The position numbers were made by a program, and so were the translations under genes. From Acidobacteriota bacterium (lineage in GTDB: Bacteria; Acidobacteriota; Vicinamibacteria; Vicinamibacterales; UBA2999), in contig JACPPO010000097.1 in assembly GCA_016190945.1 (NCBI GenBank), forward strand, positions 258-64,257: 64,000 nucleotides of DNA, written 5' to 3'. The notes beneath the pieces are model-generated. The model did not search any database. It was not told where the DNA came from and was given only the letters and a program-made list of their open reading frames with translations. This document shows positions 22,408 to 31,970 of this stretch, in pieces (position 1 is the first letter of the stretch; each line of letters begins with the position of its first letter).

Positions 22408-23523
22408 ATGCATCGAGACACGCTAATCGTGCACGCCGGATACCGGAAGAGTACCGAGCCCGGGCCTTTTCTGTCCGGTCCGCAGTTCTCATCCACGTAC
22501 ACGGCGCCTGGCGATCCGTCGCGGCACGCGCTCACTTATGGACGTTTTCATAATCCCACCTGGACGGCCTGGGAGGACGCGCTCGGCGTGCTTGAAGGCG
22601 GGCAGGCCATTGCGTTCGCGTCGGGCATGGCCGCCGCGGCTGCGGTCTTCGGGGTGAGTCTTTGTCGCGGCGATATCGTCGTGCTGCCGGCGGATTCGTA
22701 CTACGCGATCAGGAAGGTCGCCTCGACCTGGCTCGACTCAATCGGCGTCCAGGTTCGCTTGGCCCCGACCAGGGGCAACGCACAAGCCGCCGCGATCGAG
22801 GGTGCGCGGCTGTTATGGATCGAATCGCCGACGAACCCGATGCTTGACGTCTGCGACATTCACGGACTCGTCGATGCGGCCCGGACGCGAGGCACCCTCG
22901 TGGCCGTCGACAACACGACGGCGACCGCGTATCTCCAGCAGCCGCTGGCGCTCGGGGCGACCTTCGTGGTGGCGTCCGACACGAAGGCGCTCACCGGCCA
23001 TAGCGATCTCATCCTCGGGCATGTGGCCACAACTGACGGCCGGTTCGCCGACGCGCTGCGAACCTGGCGGACGCACCATGGCGCTATTCCCGGCCCGATG
23101 GAAGTGTGGCTCGCGCACCGATCGCTGGCCACCTTGCCGGTTCGCGTCAGTCGGCAGTGCGCAACGGCCCAGCAGCTGGCCGATCTTCTCGCGTCCCGGT
23201 CCGACATCAGCGCTGTTCGCTATCCCGGCCTGCCGGCCCATCCCGGTCATGCCGTCGCGAAACGTCAGATGCAGGCGTTCGGAACCGTTGTCAGCTTCGA
23301 TCTCGGCACGCGCCCGCGCGCGGAGGCATTCCTCGGAGCCTTGACGCTGGTTCGGGAAGCAACGAGCTTCGGAGGGGTGCATTCGATCGCTGAACGCCGG
23401 GCCCGCTGGGGAGGCGACGCCGTCAGCGAGGGCTTCATCCGGTTCAGTGTCGGCTGTGAAACCGCCGAGGATATCCTGAGCGACGTGACCCACGCCCTGC
23501 AAGCCGCGTCCGTCAGACCTTGA
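22408..23523 (+). CDS. PLP-dependent Cys/Met metabolism enzyme (cystathionine gamma-synthase/beta-lyase family)
   Basis: Family-typical N-terminus (TLIVHAG) and PLP-lysine region (VVASDTKALTGHSDLILG). ATG 22408 was chosen over the GTG 22381 track start. Confidence 0.88.
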   Translation: MHRDTLIVHAGYRKSTEPGPFLSGPQFSSTYTAPGDPSRHALTYGRFHNPTWTAWEDALGVLEGGQAIAFASGMAAAAAVFGVSLCRGDIVVLPADSYYAIRKVASTWLDSIGVQVRLAPTRGNAQAAAIEGARLLWIESPTNPMLDVCDIHGLVDAARTRGTLVAVDNTTATAYLQQPLALGATFVVASDTKALTGHSDLILGHVATTDGRFADALRTWRTHHGAIPGPMEVWLAHRSLATLPVRVSRQCATAQQLADLLASRSDISAVRYPGLPAHPGHAVAKRQMQAFGTVVSFDLGTRPRAEAFLGALTLVREATSFGGVHSIAERRARWGGDAVSEGFIRFSVGCETAEDILSDVTHALQAASVRP

Positions 23524-24940
23524 CGAGCTTTTTCTCTGGGGGCTGGTGCTCGTGGAGAAACTCGATCGCCATGGCGAGCACGCGTTCGGTGAAGCCGTCG
23601 GCCTGCAGGTTGCCAAACTTGTCGCGGAAGGCGTTGAGGGGTACGACCGCCTTGGCCATCGCACGGTGGCCGCCGGCACTCCCGATGTCGGCGAAGTATT
23701 TGCGCACGAACTCGCCGGCGTTCCGTGAATAGCCGAGATTCCTGACCGACATGATGAGCGCGTCGTTGACGATCCCGGACACGATCGTCCACTTCACGTT
23801 CTCGAGCTGCAGGTAGAAGTCCGCGACGTACGGGATGAAGTCCTCGCGCGGGGAGGTGCCCAGGAAGGTGCAGAACACCTGCTCGACCATCCGTCCATGC
23901 TGCTTGGCCTTGAGCACGTACTCCAGCCGCTCCATGGTGATCTCGGCGCCTTCCATCTTGCGGATGAGCGCGGCGTCCGCCAGGGGATACAGGTACGAAA
24001 ACGCTTCGATATCGACGCGGTTGGCCTGCCGGTTAAAGAACAGCGTGTCCGACTTGATCGCGTAGAGCATCGCGGTCGCCGTGCGCTCCGAGATGTTGGC
24101 ATCCACGGCGCGCAGGTGCTCGCTCAAGATGGTCGACGTCGAGCCGTAATCGGTTCGGATGTCCTTGAACACGGCGCTGTAGCCAGGCTGCTCGGGATGG
24201 TGGTCGATCACCAGATCGACCCGGTCGATCGCGCCACCAAAGTAGTGCGGCTGCACGTCAACCATCGCGACACGGTCGTATTCGGCCACCTGCTCTGGCG
24301 TGATGAGATCGACGTGGAGATCGAGGAGGTTGATCATCCGCACGTTCTCCGGTCGCGTCACGCCCCCGACGGCCGCGATGATCGCGGTCTGCTTGGTGCG
24401 GCGCAGCACGTTGCGCAGCGCGAGGGCGCTCGCCAGGGCGTCCGGATCCGGGTCGTTGTGCATGAGGATGAGCACTCGATCGGCATCGTTGAAGAAGCGC
24501 TGGTACTGCTGAACCTTCAACCGGGTTATCGAGCGGCTGAACTCCGTCAGCAGCGGCCCGCCGAATAGCTCGGAGAGCGCGAGGTAAGAGAGCTCGGGGA
24601 ATCGCGACTTCAGCTCCTCCTCCCGAGCCCGGAAGTCGGAAATGCCCACCCCCAGGACGTAGATCAGCGTGCCGCCGGCATCCCGGACCGACTCGAGGAT
24701 CTTCTTGAGACTGCGCCGCCCGTTGTCTTCGACGATGACGCAGGTGCCTGGCGTGACGTCGGCCTTGAGATAGGTGTCGGTTCGGCGCGGATCCGCCGCG
24801 GTGACATTCATGCCGGCGTCGTGGAGCCGGCGGGCGAGTGGTTTGCTCTCGACGAGAAAATCGACTTGGAAGCTGGGCAGCAGGATCTCGTCGAGCATCC
24901 TCGTGACCAGCTCGGTCTGACAGACGGCGAGGCACCTCAT
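23513..24940 (-). CDS. DHH-family phosphoesterase with extra N-terminal domain (NrnA-like DHH/DHHA1)
   Basis: DHH motifs (LILMHNDPDPDALASALAL, DHH-like VIDHHPE) and the DHHA1 GGH motif (GSAGGHRAMAKA). It has a ~130-aa N-terminal Rossmann-like extension. Confidence 0.8.
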   Translation of the reverse strand: MRCLAVCQTELVTRMLDEILLPSFQVDFLVESKPLARRLHDAGMNVTAADPRRTDTYLKADVTPGTCVIVEDNGRRSLKKILESVRDAGGTLIYVLGVGISDFRAREEELKSRFPELSYLALSELFGGPLLTEFSRSITRLKVQQYQRFFNDADRVLILMHNDPDPDALASALALRNVLRRTKQTAIIAAVGGVTRPENVRMINLLDLHVDLITPEQVAEYDRVAMVDVQPHYFGGAIDRVDLVIDHHPEQPGYSAVFKDIRTDYGSTSTILSEHLRAVDANISERTATAMLYAIKSDTLFFNRQANRVDIEAFSYLYPLADAALIRKMEGAEITMERLEYVLKAKQHGRMVEQVFCTFLGTSPREDFIPYVADFYLQLENVKWTIVSGIVNDALIMSVRNLGYSRNAGEFVRKYFADIGSAGGHRAMAKAVVPLNAFRDKFGNLQADGFTERVLAMAIEFLHEHQPPEKKLVKV

Positions 24941-25063
24941 ACGATGAACACGAACGCCTCATCAGGAAGAGCCTGCGCCATGGGCGGGAAACCCTGATTA
25001 TACGCCCGCTACACGACTATCGGGTCTACCAGGGGCCGGGTGTAGGATCGGAATCCTCCAAAG

Positions 25064-25990
25064 ATGGGCATGTTCAGGGCCGGCGTCTTGGCGATGACAA
25101 CGCTCGCGGCGAGCGCCGTCGCGCTCGTCGAAGGGCAGCAGGCGACATTCCGGGGGGGCATCGACCTGATGAGTTTCGGCGTGACGGTCACCGATCGGCG
25201 CGGCAACCTCATCGCCGACCTTAACGCTGAGGATTTCGAGATCGTCGAGGAGGGCCGGAAACAGACGATCAGCTATTTCGCGCGCGGCGATCGATCGGCT
25301 TCCGCCCCTGCCCTGCATATCGGCCTGCTGTTCGACACGAGCGGCAGCATGGGCGAGGACATCAAGCTGGCTCGATCGGCCGCGGTCCGTTTCCTCAATA
25401 CCCTCGGCGACGCCGTCGACATGACGCTGGTCGATTTCGACACGGAGGTGCGCGTCGCCACGTATGGTCAGCGCGATTTTCCGCGGATGGTCGAGCGGAT
25501 TCGCGGACGGCAGCCCGGCGGATGGACCGCGATGTACGACGCGCTGGGCGTCTATCTCGACGGGGCGGCGGAGAACGAGGGGCGCACCATCCTGGTCCTG
25601 TACACCGACGGTGGCGACACGCGCAGCGCGATTACCGTTGGCGACGTGATGACGCTCGTCCGCGCGTCGGACGTCACGATCTATGCCGTTGGCTTCCTGG
25701 AGCACCAATCAAGCGGCTCGCGGTTGGCGCAACGCATGGGGCTCATGGAGATTGCGGAAACCACCGGCGGTCAGGCATTCTTTCCATCGGCCATGAAGGA
25801 CGTCGAGGTCGCTTACGACAAGATCCTGGCCCAGATTCGCGCCCAGTACAGCCTGGGTTATTCCTCCACCGACACGGCCCGGGATGGCCGCTGGCGCAAA
25901 GTCGAGATCAAGCTGACGCGCCAGGAGCTCAAGGACGCGCGCATCCAGTCGCGCAAGGGATATTTCGCGCTGTTCAAGGAAGGACAGTAA
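25064..25990 (+). CDS. Secreted VWA-domain protein of the acidobacterial VWFA-related type
   Basis: Signal peptide, then [53 protein letters not shown]-like motif FDTSGSM follows. The C-terminus (SLGYSSTD...RKVEIKL) is characteristic of this family as I remember it. Confidence 0.8.
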   Translation: MGMFRAGVLAMTTLAASAVALVEGQQATFRGGIDLMSFGVTVTDRRGNLIADLNAEDFEIVEEGRKQTISYFARGDRSASAPALHIGLLFDTSGSMGEDIKLARSAAVRFLNTLGDAVDMTLVDFDTEVRVATYGQRDFPRMVERIRGRQPGGWTAMYDALGVYLDGAAENEGRTILVLYTDGGDTRSAITVGDVMTLVRASDVTIYAVGFLEHQSSGSRLAQRMGLMEIAETTGGQAFFPSAMKDVEVAYDKILAQIRAQYSLGYSSTDTARDGRWRKVEIKLTRQELKDARIQSRKGYFALFKEGQ

Positions 25991-26001
25991 GATCGTGTGT
26001 T

Positions 26002-26020
26002 GGCCGTACGGCGTACGGCC
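26002..26020. promoter_or_regulatory. Perfect palindrome GGCCGTACG-g-CGTACGGCC between the VWA gene and uvrB (terminator hairpin or operator)
   Basis: Read directly. It lies 12 nt after the VWA stop and 15 nt before the uvrB ATG, with no T-tract. Confidence 0.4.
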
Positions 26021-26034
26021 GCGCCCGACTGTCC

Positions 26035-28056
26035 ATGCCTTCGGTCCACGATCGGTTCACCCTTGTCAGCGATTTTGAGGTGCGCGGGGACCAGGTCCGC
26101 GCAATCCCGGAGCTCGTCGAAGGGCTGAACCGCGGCGACACCCATCAGGTCCTGCTGGGCGTCACCGGCTCGGGCAAGACGTTCACGATGGCGCACGTCA
26201 TCGCGTCCGTGAACCGGCCGACGCTGGTGATGGCGCACAACAAGACGCTGGCCGCCCAGCTCTACCAGGAATTCAAGCGGTTCTTTCCCGACAGTGCGGT
26301 CGAATACTTCGTCAGCTACTACGACTATTACCAGCCCGAGGCCTACGTTCCCGCCACCGACTCGTACATCGAGAAGGAGGCGACCATTAACGACGAGATC
26401 GATCGCATGCGCCTTTCCGCGACGCGATCGCTCTTCGAGCGGCGCGACGTCATCATCGTGGCGAGCGTTTCGTGCATCTACGGCCTCGGCTCGCCGGAGG
26501 CCTACTACGGGATGCTGCTGCCGCTGCAGCTCGGCCAGCGGATCGATCGAGACGAGATCCTGCGCAAGCTCGTCGAATTCCAGTACGAGCGCAATGACAC
26601 CGAGTTCGGCCGCGGCACATTCCGTGTCCGAGGCGACATCGTCGAAGTCGTACCGTCGTACGAGGAACATGCGCTCAGAATCGGGCTGTTCGGCGACGAG
26701 GTCGACGAGCTCTCATGGTTCGATGCCCTGACGGGGAAGGTGGTCCGCCGGCTCGACAAGGTCGCCGTGTACCCGAAGTCGCACTTCGTCACCTCGCGCG
26801 ACCGCACCAGGCTCGCGGTGCAGGCAATCAGACAGGAACTCGAATCGTATCGGGGGCAGCTCGAATCGGAGGGAAAGCTTCTCGAGGCCCAGCGGTTGCA
26901 TCAGCGCACGATGTTCGACCTCGAGATGATCCGCGAGATCGGGTACTGCCACGGGATCGAGAACTACGCGCGCCATCTCACCGGGAGGGCCCCGGGGGAT
27001 CCGCCGCCGACCCTGCTCGATTACCTGCCCGACGATGCGCTCGTGATCGTGGATGAAAGTCACCAGACGGTGCCTCAGATCCGCGGCATGTATCACGGCG
27101 ATCGATCGCGGAAGGAGGTGCTTGTCGCCTACGGGTTCCGCCTGCCGTCCGCGCTGGACAACCGGCCGCTCAACTTTGCCGAATGGGAAGAGCGCGTGAA
27201 CCAGGTGGTATTCATATCGGCGACCCCCGGCCCGTACGAGCTATCGAAGGCCGGCGGGGTCGTCGTCGAGCAGGTCATCCGGCCGACGGGCCTGATGGAT
27301 CCCCCGATCGAGGTGCGGCCGGTGCGCGGACAGGTTGATGATCTGCTGGCCCAGATTCGCGAGCGCGCCGAGCGAAAGGAGCGGGTGCTCGTCACGACGC
27401 TCACCAAACGGATGGCCGAGGACCTGACGACGTACTACCAGGAGCTCGGCGTGAAGGTCCGGTACTTGCATTCGGACATCGACACGCTCGAGCGCGTGGA
27501 GATTCTCCGGGACCTGCGTCGAGGGGTCTTCGACGTGCTCGTCGGCATCAACCTGCTGCGCGAAGGCCTCGACCTCCCGGAGGTGTCGCTCGTGGCGATC
27601 CTCGACGCCGACAAGGAAGGGTTTCTTCGGTCGGCCGGTGCCCTAATTCAAACGTCCGGCCGTGCCGCGCGCAACGTGAACGGCCGCGTCATCATGTACG
27701 CCGACACGGTGACGGCATCGATGAAATCCGCGATTGGCGAGACGGAACGCCGCCGCGACCTGCAGGCCGCGTATAACGTCGAACACGGCATCACGCCGGA
27801 GTCCGTCGTCCGCCAGATCGATGACGTCATGTCGAGCGTGTACGAGCGCGACTACCTGATGGGACGGTCGTTCGGCGAGCCTCGGGAGACATTCCGCACG
27901 CAGGCGGAGCTCGATGCTGAGATCGGACGTCTTGAGACGGAGATGAAGGCGGCGGCGGCGAACCTGGACTTCGAGCGCGCGGCGGCGCTGCGCGATACGC
28001 TCAAGACGCTGCGCAGTCGAGAGCTCGGCCTGACAGGTCTCTCGGCGGGCCGGTGA
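26035..28056 (+). CDS. uvrB: Excinuclease ABC subunit B
   Basis: [24 protein letters not shown], Walker [13 protein letters not shown], helicase motifs and a C-terminal UVR domain ([15 protein letters not shown]). ATG 26035 was chosen. The 25522 track start overlaps the VWA gene. Confidence 0.97.
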   Translation: MPSVHDRFTLVSDFEVRGDQVRAIPELVEGLNRGDTHQVLLGVTGSGKTFTMAHVIASVNRPTLVMAHNKTLAAQLYQEFKRFFPDSAVEYFVSYYDYYQPEAYVPATDSYIEKEATINDEIDRMRLSATRSLFERRDVIIVASVSCIYGLGSPEAYYGMLLPLQLGQRIDRDEILRKLVEFQYERNDTEFGRGTFRVRGDIVEVVPSYEEHALRIGLFGDEVDELSWFDALTGKVVRRLDKVAVYPKSHFVTSRDRTRLAVQAIRQELESYRGQLESEGKLLEAQRLHQRTMFDLEMIREIGYCHGIENYARHLTGRAPGDPPPTLLDYLPDDALVIVDESHQTVPQIRGMYHGDRSRKEVLVAYGFRLPSALDNRPLNFAEWEERVNQVVFISATPGPYELSKAGGVVVEQVIRPTGLMDPPIEVRPVRGQVDDLLAQIRERAERKERVLVTTLTKRMAEDLTTYYQELGVKVRYLHSDIDTLERVEILRDLRRGVFDVLVGINLLREGLDLPEVSLVAILDADKEGFLRSAGALIQTSGRAARNVNGRVIMYADTVTASMKSAIGETERRRDLQAAYNVEHGITPESVVRQIDDVMSSVYERDYLMGRSFGEPRETFRTQAELDAEIGRLETEMKAAAANLDFERAAALRDTLKTLRSRELGLTGLSAGR

Positions 28057-28060
28057 CCGC

Positions 28061-28834
28061 GTGCTGAGACTACTCGAAGGCTGGATCAAGTCCGCGCTGC
28101 TGGAGATCCAGGAGTACGCGCGCCTGCAGAGCGCAACGGTGCGCGGCTGCGTCACGCGGCCCTTCTACTTTCGCGATGTCGTCGAGCAGTTCGAGCAGAT
28201 CGGGATCGGGTCGCTGACCGTTGTGCTCTTGACGGGGTTCTTCACGGGTGCCGTTCTTGCGCTGCAGACCGGCATTACGCTCGACCAGTTCGGCGCGCGC
28301 CCCTTTGTCGGCCGCCTGATCAGCGCCTCCATGATCAAGGAGCTCGGTCCAGTGCTAACCGGGTTGATGCTTGCCGGCCGTGTGGGATCCGGCATCGCGG
28401 CGGAGCTTGGATCGATGGTTGTCACGGATCAGATCAACGCACTCCGCACCCTCGGGACCGATCCGGTGCGCAAGCTCGTTGTGCCGCGCGTACTGGCCGG
28501 AGTGTTCATGGCGCCGGTGCTGACCGTGGTGGCCAATACCGTCGGAATCATCGGCGGATGGTTGATCGCCGTGTTTCAATTGCGAGTCGCGTCCAGCCTG
28601 TACTGGACGTCGGTCATCGAGGGCCTGTATCTCGAGGATGCGTGGATGGGGCTCATCAAGCCATTCTGTCTCGGCTTCGCGATCGTGACGATCGGCTGCC
28701 ACGTCGGCCTGCGCACGCACGGCGGAACCCAGGGAGTCGGCCGCGCGACGACCAACGCGGTGGTTGCCTCGTCGGTGGCGGTGATCGCCGTGGATTTCTT
28801 TGTGACGCGGCTGTTGATTACGCTGCTGTACTAA
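28061..28834 (+). CDS. mlaE: Mla-type ABC transporter permease (MlaE family)
   Basis: Polytopic permease of typical MlaE length with conserved region (GPVLTGLMLAGRVGSGIAAELGSMVVTDQINAL). Confidence 0.9.
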   Translation: MLRLLEGWIKSALLEIQEYARLQSATVRGCVTRPFYFRDVVEQFEQIGIGSLTVVLLTGFFTGAVLALQTGITLDQFGARPFVGRLISASMIKELGPVLTGLMLAGRVGSGIAAELGSMVVTDQINALRTLGTDPVRKLVVPRVLAGVFMAPVLTVVANTVGIIGGWLIAVFQLRVASSLYWTSVIEGLYLEDAWMGLIKPFCLGFAIVTIGCHVGLRTHGGTQGVGRATTNAVVASSVAVIAVDFFVTRLLITLLY

Positions 28835-29682
28835 TGGGATTTGCCGCGCAACGTTCCGCGTCGCTTGAGGAAGGGCTCGGTGCGGGGTCGCCGGTTCTGA
28901 TCTTCGACAAGGTGTCGCTCGCGTTCGATGACAAGGTGATTCTGAAGGACATCAGCTTCACCGTCATCGTGGGCCATACGAAGATCATCCTCGGCGCCAG
29001 CGGCTCCGGCAAGTCGACCATCTTGAAGCTGGTTCTTGGACTTCTGAGGCCCGATGAGGGCATCATCTGGGTCAACGGCGAGCGGGTCGACCAGATGACT
29101 GAGCAGCAGATGATGAAGGTGCGAGCCGATCTGGGCATGGTGTTCCAGGAAGGGGCGCTCTTCGACTCGCTGACCGTCGCGGAGAACGTCGGCTACAAGT
29201 TATATGAGGAAACGGACATGCCGACGGATCAGGTGCACCGCCGCGTGGAGGAGGTTCTCGGGTTCATCGGTCTTGGAGAATACTCCGATCGGATGCCGTC
29301 CGAGCTCTCAGGCGGGCAGCGGCGGCGCGTGGCGATCGCCCGCGCCATGGCGGCCAAGCCGCGGATCCTCCTGTACGACGAGCCGACTACGGGCCTCGAT
29401 CCGATCACGGCAACGACCGTCGACGACGAGATCATCAAGCTCCGGGACTTCGAGAATGTCAGCTCGATCCTGGTGACGCACCAGCTGCGCGACGCCTTTT
29501 ACGTGGCGACGCACGAGGCGGTGCGGCGTGATGACGGGGTACTGCAGATTGTTCCTGCCGATCCGGAGAAATCGGAGGAAGCGGAGTTCATCATGTTGAA
29601 GGACGGCGGGGTTGCCTTCGAGGGTTACGCCGCCGAGCTCCGCGCGTCGTCGGACGCCTATCTGAAGACCTTTTTGTCGTAG
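28834..29682 (+). CDS. mlaF: Mla-type ABC transporter ATP-binding protein (MlaF family)
   Basis: Walker A GASGSGKST, ABC signature LSGGQRRRVAIARA and Walker B ILLYDEPT. ATG 28834 overlaps the mlaE stop (TAATG). Confidence 0.92.
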   Translation: MGFAAQRSASLEEGLGAGSPVLIFDKVSLAFDDKVILKDISFTVIVGHTKIILGASGSGKSTILKLVLGLLRPDEGIIWVNGERVDQMTEQQMMKVRADLGMVFQEGALFDSLTVAENVGYKLYEETDMPTDQVHRRVEEVLGFIGLGEYSDRMPSELSGGQRRRVAIARAMAAKPRILLYDEPTTGLDPITATTVDDEIIKLRDFENVSSILVTHQLRDAFYVATHEAVRRDDGVLQIVPADPEKSEEAEFIMLKDGGVAFEGYAAELRASSDAYLKTFLS

Positions 29683-29686
29683 TGAA

Positions 29687-29825
29687 GGGCGGACCCTTCG
29701 GCCTCCGCTGCTGTCGGGTCGCTAGGCGCCCCGACGGGCCAGCGCTGGCCGGGCGGTCTGCGTTGGCGGACCGTCCTGGCGGACGCGCCGAAGCGCGACA
29801 AGCGCGAAGGCCGGCGGGTCCGCCC
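29687..29825. repeat. Long imperfect hairpin/expanded copy of the GGGCGGACC...GGTCCGCCC element inside the mlaF-mlaD spacer
   Basis: GGGCGGACCC (29687-29696) and GGGTCCGCCC (29816-29825) are exact reverse complements ~120 nt apart. Adjacent TTCGGCCTCCGC / GCGAAGGCCGGC extend the pairing. The right end GGTCCGCCCATCG is identical to that of the 32753 copy. Confidence 0.6.
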
Positions 29826-29841
29826 ATCGAAAGGCGATTCA

Positions 29842-30882
29842 ATGCCCCGTACGCGTTCGCTGGCCTGGTCGGAACTGAAAATCGGCCTTCTGACGATCTT
29901 CGCGATCGTGATGGCGACCTTGCTCATCTTCCTGTTGAGCGGGGAGGGGGGATTCTTCTGGCAGCGCTACTCGCTGAAGACCGTGTTCCCCAACATCGCC
30001 GGGCTGAAGCCGGGCGCGCCGGTACGCGTGGCCGGCGTCGAGGTGGGATCGGTGAGCGAGGTCCACTTCGTCGGCGATCGCGTTGAAGTCGTGGTGGAGA
30101 TCGACCGCGACATGCAACCGCGCGTCACGTCGACGTCTGCGGCATCGCTCGGATCGATATCGCTGCTCGGCGAGGCGGCGGTGGACATTACCGCCTCGAG
30201 CCAGGGTACGCCGATCCCTGAATGGGGCTACATCCCCTCGGGAGCGGCCGCCGGGTCGCTGACCGAAGTCACCGCGCAGGCGGCCGAGGGTATCGAAGAA
30301 TTGACCGTACTACTGCAGGATGTCCGCTCGGGCCGCGGCACTGTGGGCCGGCTGTTCACCGACGAGGCGCTCTACTCCGAGATGAACGCCCTCGTCGCCG
30401 CGGCCGAAAAGGTCGTCCGCAGCGTGAATGAGGGGCGCGGCACGCTGGGCCGGCTCGCCCACAACCCGACGGCAGCCCAGGCGCTCGAAGCCTCTCTCCA
30501 GAACTTCGAGGCCATGACCGCCCGGATCAGGGCTGGCGAGGGCAGTCTCGGCAAGCTGCTCACTGACGATGTACTGGCCAAGACGCTCGCCTCGACAACA
30601 ACGAACCTCGACTCGATTACCGGCCGGATTAGCCGCGGCGACGGCACGGCAGGGAAGCTGATTACCGAGCGCGAGCTGTACGATCGACTGAATTCCATGT
30701 CGGAGCGTCTGGACAAGGTCATGACGGGGCTGCAGCAGGGCGAGGGCACGGCTGGCCAGCTCCTGCGGGACCGCCAGTTGTACGAGAATATGAACGGAGC
30801 GGTCGCTGAATTGCGGCAGCTCGTGCGGGATATCCGTGCGAATCCGAGGAAGTTCTTGAACGTCAGGGTGAGCCTTTTCTAG
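29842..30882 (+). CDS. mlaD: MCE/MlaD-family substrate-binding protein
   Basis: N-terminal TM anchor and MCE domain (FPNIAGLKPGAPVRVAGVEVGSVSEV). The C-terminus carries repeated G-x-G-T/S-L-G-K/R-L motifs. Confidence 0.85.
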   Translation: MPRTRSLAWSELKIGLLTIFAIVMATLLIFLLSGEGGFFWQRYSLKTVFPNIAGLKPGAPVRVAGVEVGSVSEVHFVGDRVEVVVEIDRDMQPRVTSTSAASLGSISLLGEAAVDITASSQGTPIPEWGYIPSGAAAGSLTEVTAQAAEGIEELTVLLQDVRSGRGTVGRLFTDEALYSEMNALVAAAEKVVRSVNEGRGTLGRLAHNPTAAQALEASLQNFEAMTARIRAGEGSLGKLLTDDVLAKTLASTTTNLDSITGRISRGDGTAGKLITERELYDRLNSMSERLDKVMTGLQQGEGTAGQLLRDRQLYENMNGAVAELRQLVRDIRANPRKFLNVRVSLF

Positions 30883-31035
30883 CCTTGCACCTCGCACCTC
30901 GCACCGCCGCGCCTTTTGGCCCTTCCGTTCCGGTCCGATTGACGACCGGGCCCTCCGGTGGTACAAGTCGCCGTGACTAGCGGGATCCCCGCCGCGCACG
31001 CCTGCGCGGTGGAGTGCCGTCCGGGGGGTGCGCCC

Positions 31036-31581
31036 ATGACTGATCGTCTTCGTGGCGTGCGTTGTCTCGCCACCGCGTCTGTCTTGCTCGTCGCGCCGGC
31101 GCTTGCCGGAGCCCAGGAATCCAGGTCGTCGCAGCTTGCTACCGAGCTGGTGAAGATGCTCGACGCGATGAAACTCGACAGCATCGCGGCGAAAGCGGAA
31201 GGCGATCGGTATGTCGGCGCCCTGTACTTCCCAGGCAGCCAGCTCCTCGTCGTCCAAGCCCGATACAGCGTCCCGGAACGCATGGACGCGCAGCTGGCCG
31301 GGAAGAACTATCGAGACGTCTACATCGATCTAAACAGCGCCTCGATCAAGGATTCGAAGACCCTGGTCTCCGATCTCGGGGCCAACGGGCTCCAGGCCAG
31401 GCGCCGCGACGATCAGCCGTACGACACGGTGGACGTCGGCGGCAGGAGCTATGCGTTCGACGGTGACTGGGACAAAGCGAAGATATCCGAGCAGGAGTAC
31501 ACGAAGGCCTTCGAGGCGAGTGACGCGGAGTATACGCGTATGCTCGAAGTCCTCGTCGCTCATCTCAAGAAGACCTCGTAG
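31036..31581 (+). CDS. Secreted hypothetical protein downstream of mlaD
   Basis: ATG 31036 gives a signal peptide (RCLATASVLLVAPALAGAQE). Composition is coding-like and the gene is followed by a strong intrinsic terminator. I recognised no family. Confidence 0.5.
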   Translation: MTDRLRGVRCLATASVLLVAPALAGAQESRSSQLATELVKMLDAMKLDSIAAKAEGDRYVGALYFPGSQLLVVQARYSVPERMDAQLAGKNYRDVYIDLNSASIKDSKTLVSDLGANGLQARRRDDQPYDTVDVGGRSYAFDGDWDKAKISEQEYTKAFEASDAEYTRMLEVLVAHLKKTS

Positions 31582-31611
31582 CCGGCGCGTGCCGCCAATG
31601 GTGCGAGGCAG

Positions 31612-31642
31612 AAAAGGGCCGCCCCTCGGGGCGGCCCTTTTT
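31612..31642 (+). terminator. Rho-independent terminator
   Basis: AAAA-GGGCCGCCCC-tc-GGGGCGGCCC-TTTTT: a perfect 10-bp GC stem (31616-31625 / 31628-31637) followed by T5, 30 nt after the stop at 31581. Confidence 0.85.
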
Positions 31643-31644
31643 GT

Positions 31645-31969
31645 GTGTGCGCCAGGCAGGGCGCGCAGCGCCGTGGCTGGCGCTGTCAACCGATAGCGAA
31701 AGCGAGTCGGAAAGTGACTTGGAGGTGCAAGTCCGCCGGGGGCCGGCGCCTCGCGGATACCGTACTCAATGGCCGGGGGCCGTGGTGGCACGCGGGCGCG
31801 AGTCACATGCACGCGGCCCAACCCACCGCTGCGCTGCGGCAGGCGGGTCTCTTGAGCTTGCTGGAGGAGTACAGCGCCTTACGGGTGCTTCGTGAACCGC
31901 CGGATGCCGAACGGCACGTCCGGTGGTGTGGGAGGTGAGGATCAGCAATAATCCTCACCTACCCGCTAC
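31645..31969 (+). mobile_element. ORF-less group II intron-like ribozyme (bacterial class C type), ~325 nt
   Basis: 5' GUGUGCGCC at 31645 directly after a terminator, the known class C insertion context. DI-like stem GCGCCAG 31649-55 / CUGGCGC 31677-83. A short hairpin at 31873-31889 occupies the place where DIV/ORF would be. The domain V hairpin at 31894-31930 has a CGC triad, a 2-nt 3' bulge and a GAAC loop. The domain VI-like hairpin at 31930-31964 has a bulged A at 31961, 8 nt before ...CUAC 31969. There is no RT ORF. Confidence 0.7.
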
Positions 31970-31970
31970 A

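Noticed and set aside
29682-30086. 134-aa ORF covering the mlaF-mlaD spacer.
   Set aside because: The product is Arg/Gly/Ala-rich and overlaps the well-supported mlaD start region in another frame. The spacer is better explained as a structured repeat element.
31715-31745. Possible cobalamin riboswitch because of GGUGCAAGUCC-like core (ggaGGTGCAAGTCCgcc).
   Set aside because: No B12 box (GCCACUG-type) or the other conserved riboswitch blocks were found. The surrounding 325 nt are better explained as group II intron domain I, given the GUGUG 5' end and the canonical domains V/VI.
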